Below, piece by piece: positions 40,101 to 55,750 of a stretch of 64,000 nucleotides of DNA. The DNA comes from the human T2T-CHM13v2.0 reference genome, Homo sapiens: assembly GCF_009914755.1 (NCBI RefSeq), contig NC_060933.1, one strand, 5' to 3'. The notes below the pieces were generated by a model, which was given only the letters and a program-made list of their open reading frames with translations, was not told where the DNA came from and did no database searches. Position 1 is the first letter of the stretch. Each line of letters opens with the position of its first letter. The position numbers and the translations under genes were made by a program.

Positions 40101-43100
40101 TTCCATTCCATTCCATTCCATTCCATTAAATTCCATTCCATTACAATTCGTTCCATTCCATTCTATTCCGTACCATTCCATTCCATTCCATACCATTCCA
40201 TTCCATTCCATTCCATTCCATTCCATTCCGTTCCATTCCGTTCCATTCCATTCCATTCCATTCTATTCGGGTTAATTCCATTCCATTCCATTCCATTCCA
40301 TTCCGGAAGATTCCATTCCATTGCATTCCATTCCATTCCATTCCCCTGCACTCGCGTTGATTCCATTCCATTCCATTCCATTCCATTCCATTCCATTCCG
40401 TTCCGTTCCATTCCATTCCATTCCATTCCATTCCATTCCATTCCATTCCATTCCGTTCCGTTCCGTTCCATTCCATTCCATTCCATTCTATTCGGGTTAA
40501 TTCCACTCCATTCCATTCGATTGCAATCGTGTTGATTCCAATCCATTCCATTGCATTCCATTCCATTCCATTCCTTTCCATTCCATTACGGATGATTTCA
40601 TTCTATTGCATTCCATTCCATTCCATTCCCCTGTACTCCGGTTGATTCCATTCCATTGCATTCCAATCCATGCCCTTCCACTCGTGTTGATTCCATTCTT
40701 TCCATTCCATTCAAGTTGAATCCATTCCATTGCATTCCATTCCATTCGATTCCATTCGATTGCACTCGGGTTGATTCCATTCCATTGCATTCCATTCCAT
40801 TCCATTCCATTCCATTCCATTCCGTTCAATTCCATTCCATTACATTCGGATTGATTCTATTCAATTCCCTTACAATCCATTACATTCCATTCCATTCGGG
40901 TAGTTTCCATTCCATTCCATTCCATTCCTCTCCATTCCATTGCACTCGGGTTGATTCCATTCCATTCCATTCCATTCCATTCCATTCCATTCCATTCCAT
41001 TCCGTTCCGTTCCGTTCCATTCCATTCCATTCCTTTCTATTCGGGTTAATTCCATTCCATTCCATTCCATTCCATTCCATTCCATTCAATTCCATTCCAT
41101 TCCGGAAGATTCCATTCCATTGCATTCCATTCCATTCCATTCCCCTGCACTCGCGTTGATTCCATTCCATTCCATTCCATTCCATTCCATTCCATTCCAT
41201 TCCATTCCTTTCCGTTCCATTCCATTCCATTCCATTCCATTCCATTCCGTTCCTTTCCGTTCCGTTCCATTCCATTCCATTCCATTCTATTCGGTTAATT
41301 CCATTCCATTCCATTCGATTGCAATCGAGTTGATTCCATTGCATTCCATTCCATTCCATTCCATTCCATTCCATTCCATTCCATTCCGGATGATTCCATT
41401 CCATTGCATTCCGTTCCATTACATTTCCCTGCACTCGCGTTGATTCCATTCCATTCCATTCCATTCCATTCAATTCCATTCCATTACAATTCGTTCCATT
41501 CCATTCTATTCCGTACCATTCCATTCCATTCCATAGCATTCCATTCCATTCCTTTCCATTCCATTCCATTCCGTTCCATTCCGTTCCATTCCATTCCATT
41601 CGGGTTAACTCCATTCCATTCCATTCCATTCCATTCTATTCCATTCCATTGCAATCGAGTTGAATCCATTGCATTTCATTCCATTCCATTCCATTCCATT
41701 CCATTCCGCAAGATTCCATTCCATTGCATTCCATTCCTTTCCATTCCCCTGCACTCGCGTTGTTTCCATTCCATTCCATTCCATTCCATTCCATTCCATT
41801 CCGTTCCATTCCGTTCCATTCCATTCCATTCCATTCCATTCCATTGCATTCCATTGCATTCCATTCCATTCCATTCCGTTCCGTTCCATTCCATTCCATT
41901 ACATTCCGATTGATTCTATTCAATTCCCTTACACTCCATTACGTTCCATTCCATTCGGGTAGTTTCCATTCCATTCCATTCCATTCCTCTCCATTCCATT
42001 GCACTCGGGTTGATTCCATTCCATTGCAATCCATTCCATTCCATTCAATTCCTGTCCGTTCCATTCCATTCCATTACATTCGGATTGATTCTATTCAACT
42101 CCCTTAATCTCCATTCCATTCCATTCCATTCGGGTTGTTCCATTCCATTCCATTCCATTCCACTCCATTCCATTGCACTCGGGTTGATTCCGTTTCATTC
42201 CATTCCATTCCATTCCATTCCATTCCATTCCATTCCATTCCATTCCGGAAGATTCCATCCCATTGCATTCCATTCCATTCCATTCCCCTGCACTCGCGTT
42301 GATTCCATTCCATTCCATTCTATTCCATTCCATTCCCTTCCTTTCCGTTCCATTCCATTCCATCCCATTACATTCCATTCCGTTCCGTTCCATTCCATTC
42401 CATTCCATTCTATTCGGGTTAATTCCATTCCATTCCATTCGATTGCAATCGAGTTGATTCCATTCCATTCCATTCCATTCCATTCCATTCCATTCCATTC
42501 CATTGCGTTCCATTCCATTACATTCGGATTGATTTTATTTAACTCCCTTACTCTCCATTACATTCCATTCCATTCGGGTTGTTCCATTCCATTCCATTCC
42601 ATTCCACTCCATTCCATTGCGCTCAGGTTGATTCCGTTCCATTCCATTCCATTCCATTCCATTCCATTCCATTCCGGATGATTCCATTCCATTGCATTCC
42701 GTTCCATTACATTCCCCTGCACTCGGGTTGATTCCATTCCATTCCATTCCATTCCATTCCATTCCATTCCATTCCATTCCAATTCTTTCCATTCCATTCT
42801 ATTCCGTACCGTTCCATTCCATTCCATACAATTCCATTCCATTCCATTCCACTCCGTTCCGTTCCGTTCCGTTCTGTTCCGTTACATTCCATTCCATTCC
42901 ATTCTATTCGGTTTAATTCCATTCCATTCCATTCCATTCCATTCCATTCCATTCCATTACATTCCATTGCAATCTAGTTGAATCCATTGCATTCCATTCC
43001 ATTCCATTCCATTCCATTCCGGAAGATTCCATTCCATTGCATTCCATTCCATTCCATTCCATTCCATTCCATTCCATTCCATTCCATTCCATTCCATTCC

Positions 43101-43849
43101 ATTCCATTCCATTGTACTCGGGTTGATTCCATTCCATTGCATTCCATTCCATTCCATTCCATTCCATTCAATTCCATTCCATTCCGTTCCCTTCCATTCC
43201 ATTACATTCGGATTGATTCTTTTCACCTCCCTTACTCTCCATTACATTCCATTCCATTCGGGTTGTTCCATTCCATTCCATTCCATTCCACTCCATTCCA
43301 TTGCACTCGGGTTGATTCCATTCCATTCCATTCCATTCCATTCCATTCCATTCCATTCCATTCCTTTCCGTTCCATTCCATTCCATTCCATTCCATTCCA
43401 ATCCTTTCCATTCCGTTCCGTTCCGTTCCATTCCATTCCATTCCATTCTATTCGGGTTAATTCCATTGCATTCAATTCGATTGCAATCGAGTTGATTCCA
43501 TTCCATTCTATTCCATTCCATTCCATTCCATTCCATTCCTTTCCATTCCATTACGGATGATTCCATTCCATTGCATTCCATTCCATTCCATTCCCCTGTA
43601 CTCGGGTTGATTCCATTCCATTCCATTCCAATCCATGCCATTCCACTCGTGTTGATTCCATTCTTTCCATTCCATTCAACTTGAATCCATTGCATTGCAT
43701 TCCATTCCATTCCATTCCCCTGCAGTCGGGTTGATTCCATTCCATTCCATTCCATTCCATTCCATTCCACTCCATTCCATTGCACTCGGGTTGATTCCAT
43801 TCCATTCCATTCCATTCCATTGCTTTCCATTCCATTCCATTCCATTCTA

Positions 43850-46800
43850 TTCGGGTTAATTCCATTCCATTCCATTCCATTCCATTCCAATCGAGTTGAT
43901 TCCATTCCATTCCATTCCATTCCATTGCAATGGAGTTGATTCCATTCCATTCCATTACATTCCGGATGATTCCATTCCATTGCATTCCATTCCATTCCAT
44001 TCCCCTGCACTCGTGTTGATTCCATTACCTTCCATTGCATTCCATTCCGTTCCATTCCATTGCATTCCATTCTATTCCGGTTAATTCCATTCCATTCCAT
44101 TCCATTCCATTGCAATCGAGTTGATTCCATTCCATTCCTTTCCATTCCTTTCCATTGCCTTGCATTCCAATCGGGTTGATTCCATTCCCTTCTTTCCACT
44201 CCATTACATTCCCTTCCATTCCACTCGGAATGATTGATTCCATTCCATTCCATTCCATTTCATTCCGTTGCAATCCATTCCAATCTATTCCATTCCATTC
44301 CATTCCACTCGAGTTGATTTCATTCCATTCCTTTCCATTCCATTCCATTCCTTTCCACTCGAGTTGATTCCATTCCATTCCATTCCATTGCATTCCATTC
44401 CATGCCATTCCACTCGGGTTGATTCCATTCCTTTGCATTCCATTCCATTCCTTTCCACTCGAGTTGATTCCATTCCATTCCATTCCATTCCATTCCATTC
44501 CATTCCATTCCGTTGCATTCCATTCCATTACATTCGGATTGATTCTATTCAACTCCCTTACTCTCCATTACATTCCATTCCATTCGGGTTGTTCCATTCC
44601 ATTCCATTCCATTCCACCCCATTCCATTGCACTCGGGTTGATTCCATTCCATTCCATTCCATTCCATACCGGATGATTCCATTCCATTGCATTCCGTTCC
44701 ATTACATTCCCCAGCACTCGCGTTGATTCCATTCCATTCCATTCCATTCCATTCAATTCCATTCCATTACAATTCGTTCCATTCCATTCTATTCCGTACC
44801 ATTCCATTCCATTCCATACCATTCCATTCCATTCCATTCCATTCCATTCCTTTCCATTCCGTTCCATTCTGTTCCATTCCATTCCATTCCATTCTATTCA
44901 GGTTAATTCCATTCCATTCCATTCCATTCCATTCTATTCCATTCCATTGCAATCGATTTGAATCCATTGCATTTCATTCCATTCCATTCCATTCCATTCC
45001 ATTCCATTCCGGAAGATTCCATTCCATTGCATTCCATTCCATTCCATTCCCCTGCACTCGCGTTGATTCCATTCCATTCCATTCCATTCCATTCCACTCC
45101 ATTCCATTCCGTTCCGTTCCGTTCCATTCCATTCCATTCCATTCCGTTCCGTTCCGTTCCATTCCATTCCATTCCATTCTATTCGGGTTAATTCCATTCC
45201 ATTCCATTCGATTGCAATCGTGTTGATTCCATTCCATTCCATTCCATTCTATTCCTTTCCATTCCATTACGGATGATTCCATTCCATTACATTCCATTCC
45301 ATTCCATTCCCCTGTACTCGGGTTGATTCCATTCCATTGCATTCCAAACCATGCCCTTCCCCTCGTGTTTATTCCATTCTTTCCATTCCATTCAAGTTGA
45401 ATCCATTCCATTGCATTCCATTCCATTCGATTCCATTCGATTGCACTCGGGTTGATTGCATTCCATTGCATTCCATTCCATTCCATTCCACTCCATTCCA
45501 TTCCATTCCATTCCGTTCCATTCCATTCCATTACATTCGGATTGATTCTATTCAATTCCCTTACACTCCATTACATTCCATTCCATTCGGGTAGTTTCCA
45601 TTCCATTCCATTCCATTCCTCTCCATTCCATTGCACTCGGGTTGATTCTATTCCATTGCATCCCATTCCATTCCATTCAATACCATTCCGTTCCATTCCA
45701 TTCCATTACATTCGAATTGATTCTATTCAACTCCCTTAGTCTCCATTACATTCCATTCCATTCGGGTTGTTCCATTCCATTCCATTCCATTCCACTCCAT
45801 TCCATTGCACTCGGGTTTATTCCATTCCATTCCATTCCATTCCATTCAATTCCATTCCATTCCGGAAGATTCCATTCCATTGCATTCCATTCCATTCCAT
45901 TCCCCTGCACTCGCGTTGATTCCATTCCATTCCATTCCATTCCATTCCATTCCATTCCTTTCCGTTCCATTCCATTCCATTCCATTCCATTCCATTCCAT
46001 TCCGTTCCGTTCCGTTCCATTCCATTCCATTCCATTCTATTCGGGTTAATTCCATTCCATTCCACTCGATTGCAATCGAGTTGATTCCATTCCATTCCAT
46101 TCCATTCCATTCCATTCCATTCCATTCCATTCCTTTCCTTTCCATTCCATTACGGATGATTCCATTCCATTGCATTCCATTCCATTCCATTCCCCTGTAC
46201 TCGGGTTGATTCCATTCCATTCCATTCCAATCCATGCCATTCCACTCATGTTGATTCCATTCTTTCCATTCCATTCAAGTTGAATCCATTCCATTGCATT
46301 CCATTCCATTCCATTCCCCTGCAGTCGGGTTGATTCCATTCCATTCCATACCATTCCATTCCATTCCATTCCATTCCATTCCATTCCAATCAAGTTGATT
46401 CCTTTCCATTCCATTCCATTCCATTCCATTCCACTCCATTCCAGTCCTTTCCATTCCATTCCACTCGGGTTGATTCCAAGGTATTCATTTCCATTCCATT
46501 CCATTCCATTGCAATCGAGTTGATTCCATTGCTTTGCATTCCATTCCATTCCATTCCATTCCGGATGATTCCATTCCATTGCATTCCATTCCATTCCATT
46601 CCCCTGCACTCGGGTTGATTCCATTCCATTCCACTCCATTCCATTCCATTCCATTCCCCTGCACTCGCGTTGATTCCATTCCATTCCATTCCATTCCATT
46701 CCATTCCATCCCATTACAATCGAGTTGATTCCATTCCATTCCATTCCATTCCAGTCATTTCCATTCCATTCCACTCGGGTTGATTCCATTCTATTAGTTT

Positions 46801-49800
46801 CCATTCCATTCCATTCCCTTCCATTCCACTCTGGTTGATTCCATTCCTTTCCATTCCACTCGAATACATTCCCTCCTATTCCACTCGGAACGATTCCATT
46901 CCATTCCATTCCATTCCATTCCATTCCTTTCCATTCCATTCCATTCCATTTCGTTCCATTCCATTCTATTCCGTATCATTCCATTCCATTCCATTCCATT
47001 CCATTCCATTCCATTCCATTGTACTCGGGTTGATTCAATTCCATTGCATTCCATTCCATTCCATTCCATTCCATTCCATTCCATTCCATTCCATTCCATT
47101 TCGTTCCATTCCATTCTATTCCGAATCATTCCATTCCATTCCATTCCATTCCATTCCATTCCATTCCATTCCATTCCATTGTACTCGGGTTGATTCCATT
47201 CCATTGCATTCCATTCCGTTCCATCCCATTCCATTCCATTCCATTCCGTTGCATTCCATTCCATGACTTTCGGATTGATTCTATTCAACTCCCTTACTCT
47301 CCATTACATTCGATTCCATTCGGGTTGTTCCATTCCATTCCATTCCATTCCATTCCACTCCATTCCATTGCACTCGGGTTGATTCCATTCCATTCCATTC
47401 CATTCCATTCCATTCCATTCAATTCCGGATGATTCCATTCCATTGCATTCCATTCCATTACTTTCCCCTGCACTCGCGTTGATTCCATTCCATTCCATTC
47501 CATTCAATTCCATTCCATAACAATTCTTTCCATTCCATTCTATTCCGTACCATTCCATTCCTTTCCATACCATTCCATTCTATTCGGATTAATTCCATTC
47601 CATGCCATTCCACTCCATTCTATTCCATTCCATTGCAATCGAGTTGAATCCATTGCATTTCATTCCATTCCATTCCATTCCATTCCGGAAGTTTCCATTC
47701 CATTGCATTCCATTCCATTCCATTCCCCTGCACTCGCGTTGATTCCATTCCATTCCATTCCATTCCATTCCGTTCCGTTCCATTCCATTCCATTCCATTC
47801 CGTTCCGTTCCTTTCCATTCCATTCCATTCTATTCGGGTTAATTCCATTCCATTCCATTCGATTGCAATCGAGTTGATTCCATTCCATTCCATTCCATTC
47901 CATTCCATTCCATTCCTTTCCATTCCATTACGGATGATTCCATTCCATTGCATTCCATTCCATTCCATTCCCCTGTACTCGGGTTGATTCCATTCCATTC
48001 CATTCCAATCCATGCCATTCCACTCGTGTTGATTGCATTCTTTCCATTCCATTCAAGTTGAATGCATTCCATTGCATTCCATTCCATTCGATTCCATTCG
48101 ATTGCCCTCGGGTTGATTCCATTCCATTGCATTCCATTCCATTCCATTCCATTCCATTCCATTCCATTCCATTACATTACATTCCATTACATTCGGATTG
48201 ATTCTATTCAATTGCCTTACACTCCATTACATTCCATTCCATTCGGGTAGTTTCCATTCCATTCCATTCCATTCCTCTCCATTCCATTGCACTCGGGTTG
48301 ATTCCATTCCATTGCATTCCATTCCATTCCATTCAATTCCATTCCGTTCCATTCCATTCCATTACATTCGGATTGATTCTATTCAACTCCCTTACTCTCC
48401 ATTACATTCCATTCCATTCGTGTTGTTCCATTCCATTCCATTCCATTCCACTCCCTTCCATTGCAATCGGGTTTGTTCCATTCCATTCCATTCCATTCCA
48501 TTCCATTCCGGAAGATTCCATTCAATTGCATTCCATTCCATTCCATTCCGCTGCACTCGCGTTGATTCCATTCCATTCCATTCCATTCCATTCCATTCCA
48601 TTCCTTTCCGTTCCATTCCATTCCATTCCAATCCATTCCATTCCATTCCGTTCCGTTCCATTCCATTCCATTCCATTCTATTCGGGTTAATTCCATTCCA
48701 TTCCGTTCGATTGCAATCGAGTTGATTCCATTCCATTCCATTCCATTCCATTCCATTCCATTCCATTCCTTTCCATTCCATTACGGATTATTCCACTCCA
48801 TTGCATTCCATACCATTCCATTCCCCTATACTCGGGTTGATTCCATTCCATTCCATTCCAATCCATACCATTCCACTCGTGTTGATTCCATTCTTTCCAT
48901 TCCATTCAAGTTGAATCCATTCCATTGCATTCCATTCCATTCCATTCCCCTGCAGTCGGGTTGATTCCATTCCATTCCATTCCATTCCATTCCATTCCTT
49001 TCCATTCCATTCCATTCCATTCTATTCGGGTTAATTCCATTCCATTCCATTCCATTCCATTCCAATCGAGTTGATTCCATTCCATTCCATTCCATTCCAT
49101 TCCATTGCAATGGAGTTGATTCCATTCCATTCCGTTACATTCCGGATGATTCCATTCCATTGCATTCCATTCCATTCCATTCCCCTGCACTCGTGTTGAT
49201 TCCATTACCTTCCATTCCATTCCATTCCGTTCCATTCCATTGCATTCCATTCTATTCCGGTTAATTCCATTCCATTCCATTCCATTCCATTGCAATCGAG
49301 TTGATTCCATTCCATTCCTTTCCATTCCTTTCCATTGCCTTGCATTCCAATCGGGTTGATTCCATTCCCTTCTTTCCACTCCATTACATTCCATTCCATT
49401 CCACTCGGAATGATTGATTCCATTCCATTCCATTCCATTTCATTACGTTGCAACCCATTCCAATCTATTCCATTCCATTCCATTCCACTCGAGTTGATTT
49501 CATTCCATTCCTTTCCATTCCATTCCATTCCTTTCCACTCGAGTTGATTCCATTCCATTCCATTCCATTGCATTCCATTCCATGCCATTCCAATCGGGTT
49601 GATTCCATTCCTTTGCATTCCATTCCATTCCATTCCATTCCATTCCATTCCATTCCATTCCGTTGCATTCCATTCTATTACGTTCGGATTGATTGTATTC
49701 AAATCCCTTACTCTCCATTACATTCCATTCCATTCGGGTTGTTCCATTCCATTCCATTCCATTCCACCCCATTCCATTGCACTCGGGTTGATTCCATTCC

Positions 49801-52800
49801 ATTCCATTCCATTCCATTCCGGATGATTCCATTCCATTGCATTCCGTTCCATTACATTCCCCAGCACTCGCGTTGATTCCATTCCATTCCATTCCATTCC
49901 ATTCAATTCCATTCCATTACAATTCGTTCCATTCCATTCTATTCCTTACCATTCCATTCCATTCCATACCATTCCATTCCATTCCATTCCATTCCATTCC
50001 ATTCCGTTCCATTCCGTTCCATTCCATTCCATTCCATTCTATTCGGGTTAATTCCGTTCCATTCCATTCCATTCCATTCTATTCCATTCCATTGCAATCG
50101 ATTTGAATCCATTGCATTTCATTCCATTCCATTCCATTCCATTCCATTCCATTCCGGAAGATTCCATTCCATTGCATTCCATTCCATTCCATTCCCCTGC
50201 ACTCTCGTTGATTCCATTCCATTCCATTCCATTCCATTCCATTCCATTCCATTCCGTTCCGTTCCGTTCCATTCCATTCCATTCCATTCCGTTCCGTTCC
50301 GTTCCATTCCATTCCATTCCATTCTATTCGGGTTAATTCCATTCCATTCCATTCGATTGCAATCGTGTTGATTCCATTCCATTCCATTGCATTCCATTCC
50401 TTTCCATTCCATTACGGATAATTCCATTCCATTACTTTCCATTCCTTTCCATTCCCCTGTACTCGGGTTGATTCCATTCCATTGCATTCCAAACCATGCC
50501 CTTCCACTCGTGTTTATTCCATTCTTTCCATTCCATTCAAGTTGAATCCATTCCATTGCATTCCATTCCATTCGATTCCATTCGATTGCACTCGGGTTGA
50601 TTGCATTCCATTGCATTCCATTCCATTCCATTCCATTCCATTCCATTCCATTCCATTCCGTTCCATTCCATTCCATTACATTCGGATTGATTCTATTCAA
50701 TTCCCTTACACTCCATTACATTCCATTCCATTCGGGTAGTTTCCATTCCATTCCATTCCATTCCTCTCCATTCCATTGCACTCGGGTTGATTCCATTTCA
50801 TTGCATTCCATTCCATTCCATTCAATTCCATTCCGTTCCATTCCATTCCATTACATTCGGATTGATTCTATTCAACTCCCTTAGTCTCCATTACATTCCA
50901 TTCCATTCGGGTTGTTCCATTCCATTCCATTCCATTCCACTCCATTCCATTGCACTCGGGTTTATTCCATTCCATTCCATTCCATTCCATTCAATTCCAT
51001 TCCATTCCGGAAGATTCCATTCCATTGCATTCCATTCCATTCCATTCCCCTGCACTCGCGTTGATTCCATTCCATTCCATTCCATTCCATTCCATTCCAT
51101 TCCTTTCCGTTCCATTCCATTCCATTCCATTCCATTCCATTCCGTTCCGTTCCGTTCCATTCCATTCCATTCCATTCTATTCGGGTTAATTCCATTCCAT
51201 TCCACTCGATTGCAATCGAGTTGATTCCATTCCATTCCATTCCATTCCATTCCATTCCATTCCATTCCATTCCTTTCCTTTCCATTCCATTACGGATGAT
51301 TCCATTCCATTGCATTCCATTCCATTCCATTCCCCTGTACTCGGGTTGATTCCATTCAATTCCATTCCAATCCATGGCATTCCACTCATGTTGATTCCAT
51401 TCTTTCCATTCCATTCAAGTTGAATCCATTCCATTGCATTCCATTCCATTCCATTCCCCTGCAGTCGGGTTGATTCCATTCCATTCCATACCATTCAATT
51501 CCATTCCATTCCATTCCATTCCAATCAAGTTGATTCCATTCCATTCCATTCCATTCCATTCCATTCCACTCCATTCCAGTCCTTTCCATTCCATTCCACT
51601 CGGGTTGATTCCAAGGTATTCCTTTCCATTCCATTCCATTCCATTGCAATCGAGTTGATTCCATTGCTTTGCATTCCATTCCATTCCATTCCATTCCGGA
51701 TGATTCCATTCCATTGCATTCCATTCCATTCCATTCCCCTGCACTCGGGTTGATTCCATTCCATTTCACTCCATTCCATTCCATTCCATTCCATTCCATT
51801 GTATTCGGGTTAATTCCATTCCATTCCATTCCATTCCATTCCATTCCATTCCATTACAATCGAGTTGATTCCATTCCATTCCATTCCATTCCAGTCATTT
51901 CCATTCCATTCCACTCGGGTTGATTCCATTCTATTAGTTTCCATTCCATTCCATTCCCTTCCATTCCACTCTGGTTGATTCCATTCCTTTCCATTCCACT
52001 CGAATACATTCCCTACTATTCCACTCGGAACGATTCCATTCCATTCCATTCCATTCCATTCCATTCCATTCCTTTCCATTCCATTCCATTCCATTTCGTT
52101 CCATTCCATTCTATTCCGTATCATTCCATTCCATTCCATTCCATTCCATTCCATTCCATTCCATTGTACTCGGGTTGATTCAATTCCATTGCATTCCATT
52201 CCATTCCATTCCATTCCATTCCATTCCATTCCATTCCATTCCATTCCATTCCATTTCGTTCCATTCCATTCTATTCCGAATCATTCCATTCCATTCCATT
52301 CCATTCCATTCCATTCCATTCCATTCCATTCCATTCCATTGTACTCGGGTTGATTCCATTCCATTGCATTCCATTCCATTCCATTCCATTCCATTCCATT
52401 CCATTCCGTTGCATTCCATTCCATGACATTCGGATTGATTCTATTCAACTCCCTTACTCTCCATTACATTCGATTCCATTCGGGTTGTTCCATTCCATTC
52501 CATTCCATTCCACTCCATTCCATTGCACTCGGGTTGATTCCATTCCATTCCATTCCATTCCATTCCATTCCATTCCGGATGATTCCATTCCATTGCATTC
52601 CATTCCATTACTTTCCCCTGCACTCGCGTTGACTCCATTCCATTCCATTCCATTCCATTCAATTCCATTCCATTACAATTCGTTCCATTCCATTCTATTC
52701 CGTACCATTCCATTCCTTTCCATACCATTCCATTCTATTCGGATTAATTCCATTCCATGCCATTCCACTCCATTCTATTCCATTCCATTGCAATCGAGTT

Positions 52801-55750
52801 GAATCCATTGCATTTCATTCCATTCCATTCCATTCCATTCCGGAAGTTTCCATTCCATTTCATTGCATTCCATTCCATTCCCCTGCACTCGCGTTGATTC
52901 CATTCCATTCCATTCCATTCCATTCCGTTCCGTTCCATTCCATTCCATTCCATTCCGTTCCGTTCCATTCCATTCCATTCCATTCCATTCTATTCGGGTT
53001 AATTCCATTCCATTCCATTCGATTGCAATCGAGTTGATTCCATTCCATTCCATTCCATTCCATTCCATTCCATTCCATTCCATTCCTTTCCTTTCCATTC
53101 CATTACGGATGATTCCATTCCATTGCATTCCATTCCATTCCATTCCCCTGTACTCGGGTTGATTCCATTCAATTCCATTCCAATCCATGCCATTGCACTC
53201 ATGTTGATTCCATTCTTTCCATTCCATTCAAGTTGAATCCATTCCATTGCATTCCATTCCATTCCATTCCCCTGCAGTCGGGTTGATTCCATTCCATTCC
53301 ATACCATTCCATTCCATTCCATTCCATTCCATTCCAATCAAGTTGATTCCATTCCATTCCATTCCATTCCATTCCATTCCACTCCATTCCAGTCCTTTCC
53401 ATTCCATTCCACTCGGGTTGATTCCAAGGTATTCCTTTCCATTCCATTCCATTCCATTGCAATCGAGTTGATTCCATTGCTTTGCATTCCATTCCATTCC
53501 ATTCCATTCCGGATGATTCCATTCCATTGCATTCCATTCCATTCCATTCCCCTGCACTCGGGTTGATTCCATTCCATTTCACTCCATTCCATTCCATTCC
53601 ATTCCATTCCATTGTATTCGGGTTAATTCCATTCCATTCCATTCCATTCCATTCCATTCCATTCCATTACAATCGAGTTGATTCCATTCCATTCCATTCC
53701 ATTCCAGTCATTTCCATTCCATTCCACTCGGGTTGATTCCATTCTATTAGTTTCCATTCCATTCCATTCCCTTCCATTCCACTCTGGTTGATTCCATTCC
53801 TTTCCATTCCACTCGAATACATTCCCTCCTATTCCACTCGGAACGATTCCATTCCATTCCATTCCATTCCATTCCATTCCATTCCTTTCCATTCCATTCC
53901 ATTCCATTTCGTTCCATTCCATTCTATTCCGTATCATTCCATTCCATTCCATTCCATTCCATTCCATTCCATTCCATTGTACTCGGGTTGATTCAATTCC
54001 ATTGCATTCCATTCCATTCCATTCCATTCCATTCCATTCCATTCCATTCCATTTCGTACCATTCCATTCTATTCCGAATCATTCCATTCCATTCCATTCC
54101 ATTCCATTCCATTCCATTCCATTCCATTCCATTGTACTCGGGTTGATTCCATTCCATTGCATTCCATTCCATTCCATTCCATTCCATTCCATTCCGTTGC
54201 ATTCCATTCCATGACATTCGGATTGATTCTATTCAACTCCCTTACTCTCCATTACATTCGATTCCATTCGGGTTGTTCCATTCCATTCCATTCCATTCCA
54301 CTCCATTCCATTGCACTCGGGTTGATTCCATTCCATTCCATTCCATTCCATTCCATTCCATTCCGGATGATTCCATTCCATTGCATTCCATTCCATTACT
54401 TTCCCCTGCACTCGCGTTGACTCCATTCCATTCCATTCCATTCCATTCAATTTCATTCCATTACAATTCGTTCCATTCCATTCTATTCCGTACCATTCCA
54501 TTCCTTCCCATACCATTCCATTCTATTCGGATTAATTCCATTCCATGCCATTCCACTCCATTCTATTCCATTCCATTGCAATCGAGTTGAATCCATTGCA
54601 TTTCATTCCATTCCATTCCATTCCATTCCGGAAGTTTCCATTCCATTTCATTGCATTCCATTCCATTCCCCTGCACTCGCGTTGATTCCATTCCATTCCA
54701 TTCCATTCCATTCCGTTCCGTTCCATTCCATTCCATTCCATTCCGTTCCGTTCCATTCCATTCCATTCCATTCCATTCTATTCGGGTTAATTCCATTCCA
54801 TTCCATTCGATTGCAATCGAGTTGATTCCATTCCATTCCATTCCATTCCATTCCATTCCTTTCCATTCCATTACGGATGATTCCATTCCATTGCATTCCA
54901 TTCCATTCCATTCCCCTGTACTCGGGTTGATTCCATTCCATTCCATTCCAATCCATGCCATTCCACTCGTGTTGATTGCATTCTTTCCATTCCATTCAAG
55001 TTGAATCCATTCCATTGCATTCCATTCCATTCGATTCCATTCGATTGCCCTCGGGTTGATTCCATTCCATTGCATTCCATTCCATTCCATTCCATTCCAT
55101 TCCATTCCATTACATTCCATTACATTCGGATTGATTCTATTCAATTGCCTTACACTCCATTACATTCCATTCCATTCAGGTAGTTTCCATTCCATTCCAT
55201 TCCATTCCTCTCCATTCCATTGCACTCGGGTTGATTCCATTCCATTCCATTCCATTCCATTCCATTCCATTCCATTCCGGAAGATTCCATTCCATTGCAT
55301 TCCATTCCATTCCATTCCCCTGCACTCGCGTTGATTCCATTCCATTCCATTCCATTCCATTCCATTCCATTCCATTCCATTCCTTTCCGTTCCATTCCAT
55401 TCCATTCCAATCCATTCCATTCAATTCCGTTGCGTTCCATTCCATTCCATTCCATTCTATTCGGGTTAATTCCATTCCATTCCGTTCGATTGCAATCGAG
55501 TTGATTCCATTCCATTCCATTCCATTCCATTCCATTCCATTCCATTCCTTTCCATTCCATTACGGATTATTCCACTCCATTGTATTCCATACCATTCCAT
55601 TCCCCTATACTCGGGTTGATTCCATTCCATTCCATTCCAATCCATGCCATTCCACTCGTGTTGATTCCATTCTTTCCATTCCATTCAAGTTGAATCCATT
55701 CCATTGCATTCCATTGCATTCCATTCCATTCGATTCCATTCGATTGTACT
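43850..55750 (-). repeat. Tandem duplication of about 5.15 kb (~43850-49020 vs ~49020-55750); the second copy is enlarged by an internal 1.8-kb duplication
   Basis: Shared rare markers: CCACCCCATT (~44614/~49764), CCAAACCATGCCC (~45344/~50489), CCCTTAGTCTCC (~45733/~50878), CCAAGGTATTC (~46476/~51611), GGAAGTTTCC (~47687/~52842), ATTGCCCTCGGG (~48101/~55044). Confidence 0.85.
51190..54790 (-). repeat. 1.8-kb tandem duplication nested in the second 5-kb copy
   Basis: CCAAGGTATTCC at ~51611/~53424, CCATGACATTCGG at ~52421/~54209 and GCGTTGACTCC at ~52626/~54414. ORF offsets are 1813 and 1788. Confidence 0.88.
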
